From contig CAYUFM010000002.1 of the NCBI GenBank assembly GCA_964444225.1, positions 3,609 through 67,608 of the forward strand: a stretch of DNA of 64,000 nucleotides. The letters run 5' to 3'. Under the pieces are notes generated by a model. The model did not search any database, had not been told where the DNA came from, and saw only the letters and a program-made list of their open reading frames with translations. A program made the position numbers and the translations under genes. This DNA comes from an uncultured Candidatus Saccharibacteria bacterium. GTDB lineage: Bacteria; Patescibacteriota; Saccharimonadia; Saccharimonadales; 2-12-FULL-41-12. Shown here one piece after another: positions 62,357 through 64,000 of the stretch. Each line of letters opens with the position of its first letter. Within the stretch, counting starts at the first letter, position 1.

Positions 62357-64000
62357 TCAAGGTTGGACCTCCTGCTTATCGGACTGTATGGTTATCCAGG
62401 TAAATTCTATATCCTCGGTGGCGTTAGCGGGTAATACAATTTCGAAGCTTTCTTTGGTGAGATTCTGGTAACTGTACTGGGCAAATTTACCATTTGAGAT
62501 TGTTACTGCCAACACCGGTACACTCTCCTTAGGTTTAGCAAATTCGACTTTGACTTTCATTTGGCCCTCTTTGATATACACCCTGCCAGAGCTTTCGCCT
62601 GCCAATTTTAGGTCGCCCTTAACGGATACATTGGCTTCGAATTCTACGTCTTTTTGGAACCTAACTACTTCTTTAAAGGTTGCCTTGCCATCTACAGTCA
62701 GCGCACCCTTAGCGATCAGGTCTAGGTTTACTGTAAGACCCTGAACAGATGTAACGCCCAAAACGTTGAGGTCTTTTTGTATAGTGACTAGTTTGGCAAA
62801 TATGGCATCTTCACTAAAGCTCGATACTCCAGAAATCAATACATCTCCGAGACTCAAATTGTCTAGATCTAGTGTACTTAGAGCTTGGGTATTGAGTTGT
62901 ATCTTGAGACTATTTATTTGCGCCTGCAGGTTAGCTATTTCACTACCAAAGTCGAGCCCCTGATCTCCAAGTAATTTAATGCTCGATGCAGTTAATGTTC
63001 CATTAAATGTGGCATTACCTAGGCTATCTATACCTACTACTGTTTGTTGCTGCGAGTCTGTAATAGATACAAAGTTATCGTCTCCGACCTCCAGTTTAAT
63101 ATCTTCATCTCTAGCTGATTTAATCACGTTAACATAAAGTTCGTTCGCCGTTACCACTGGACTCACAACTGCCTTGGAAGCAATCAGTACACCGACATCC
63201 AAGCGTTCAGAAGGAAGTGTTAATTCTTCACTAGAAACAGTTAATTCAGAAAGTATTGCCTTCACATCTATTGGGCTGTCAGTTGATGATTGCAGTGGGT
63301 CTGATAAGTCTATGGTTGGCTCCTCTGTAGCTATTCCGCCCTCAGTCGGTTGTGCGGAAACTGGTGCGTCATCTTGCCATACCCGATAAAAATCTATGCC
63401 TAGTGTAGATGCGTTAGCTGCTGCATCCCAGTCAGCTTTAAGATACGGGGTCATGCCTGCTAGGTTAATATTTGCCGTATTTCCGGTACCGCATTCGGTT
63501 AACTGAATACCGTTGGAGACATCAGCGTCAATATAGAACTTAACCAGGGTTGTAGACATAACTTTTATCATTAACAACGCATAGGCTGTCTCGCTTACAG
63601 CAACACTACATGGTGTACTTGTAGCTGTTCCGCCATTATCTGTTGTGGCAAACCAGTTAGCCGTACCCGTAACGCCAGCGGCGTCACTTGCGTTAGTAAA
63701 GTATATGCCGTTTGTTGGGGCACCAGTTGCCGGTACAGCACCTGCGCCACCGTCGGCTATACCAGCGAAGAACTGGTGATTAACATCTGGAACACCTGCA
63801 CCAGCTACCGATGGCCTGATTTTCATAACAATTGTCGGCAAGAAGTCAGCATCAATCCAGGTGTTAGGCGTAGCGACTCCAAGATCGGCGTGCCGTATTG
63901 AACAGAAAGATCCTGCCACACCAGCTACCATCGCCGTTGTTCCATTGATCGAATCAGCTGTTCCGTCCCAGGTACAAGTGCCCGTTTCATCTGTATTCCA
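62357..64000 (-). CDS. C-terminal part of a third large fibre/adhesin-like protein (5' end beyond the right edge)
   Basis: The reading frame stays open upstream of the ORF-track Met (63931) to position 64000 (...WNTDETGTCTWDGTADSINGTTA-MVAG...). It contains a jelly-roll-like domain related to the 1865-aa C-terminus. It also has a coiled coil (IANLQAQINSLKIQL), an xLxVxG repeat stalk, and a terminal beta-sandwich related to the 1651-aa C-terminus. Confidence 0.7.
   Translation of the reverse strand, partial: WNTDETGTCTWDGTADSINGTTAMVAGVAGSFCSIRHADLGVATPNTWIDADFLPTIVMKIRPSVAGAGVPDVNHQFFAGIADGGAGAVPATGAPTNGIYFTNASDAAGVTGTANWFATTDNGGTATSTPCSVAVSETAYALLMIKVMSTTLVKFYIDADVSNGIQLTECGTGNTANINLAGMTPYLKADWDAAANASTLGIDFYRVWQDDAPVSAQPTEGGIATEEPTIDLSDPLQSSTDSPIDVKAILSELTVSSEELTLPSERLDVGVLIASKAVVSPVVTANELYVNVIKSARDEDIKLEVGDDNFVSITDSQQQTVVGIDSLGNATFNGTLTASSIKLLGDQGLDFGSEIANLQAQINSLKIQLNTQALSTLDLDNLSLGDVLISGVSSFSEDAIFAKLVTIQKDLNVLGVTSVQGLTVNLDLIAKGALTVDGKATFKEVVRFQKDVEFEANVSVKGDLKLAGESSGRVYIKEGQMKVKVEFAKPKESVPVLAVTISNGKFAQYSYQNLTKESFEIVLPANATEDIEFTWITIQSDKQEVQP

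Noticed and set aside
1-64000. CRISPR arrays, rRNA or tRNA genes, IS elements or transposases, and integrons.
   Set aside because: Reading the intergenic regions, I found no regularly spaced direct repeats and no conserved rRNA or tRNA sequence blocks. I also found no DDE or tyrosine-recombinase-like ORFs. All gaps over 100 bp are accounted for by promoters, leaders or terminators as described.

Overview
The window is a gene-dense stretch with mostly minus-strand genes from a small, streamlined bacterial genome. It carries housekeeping genes: prfB, secA, serS, lysK, greA, proS, rseP, frr, tsf, rpsB, rpmE, prfA-prmC, lepB, parAB, rplU, nrdR-nrdJ, ftsZ-ftsA, map, adk, rpsU, priA-def-fmt, infB and rpsA. 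The gene content suggests a Patescibacteria/CPR genome, possibly Saccharibacteria-like. The supporting traits are a class I LysRS, a ProRS with no room for an editing insertion, a short EF-Ts, an LCP ligase and giant surface proteins. This placement is inference only. RF1 and RF2 are both present and the long ORFs are uninterrupted, so the standard code applies. I found no rRNA, tRNA, CRISPR, transposase or integrase. Four things stand out. (1) An accessory locus at 30905-42409 encodes two paralogous, N-terminally anchored giant fibre-like proteins of 1651 and 1865 aa, flanking a small frameshifted secreted protein. They are built from shuffled modules, and a third partial giant protein at the right edge (62357-64000) shares some of these modules. 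One of them has an internal phage-type S74 intramolecular-chaperone domain. (2) A heliorhodopsin-like 7-TM protein (10598-11533) has a lysine-rich N-terminal tail and what looks like a relocated Schiff-base counterion. (3) The exact 11-mer AAAGACCTAAA occurs in the 5' leaders of frr and of both giant genes. (4) Several cis elements are visible: tandem NrdR boxes, and a promoter, terminator-like hairpin and RBS in series in the leader of a KGG stress-protein gene. All homology calls rest on motifs read by eye and on recalled family knowledge. No searches were run.
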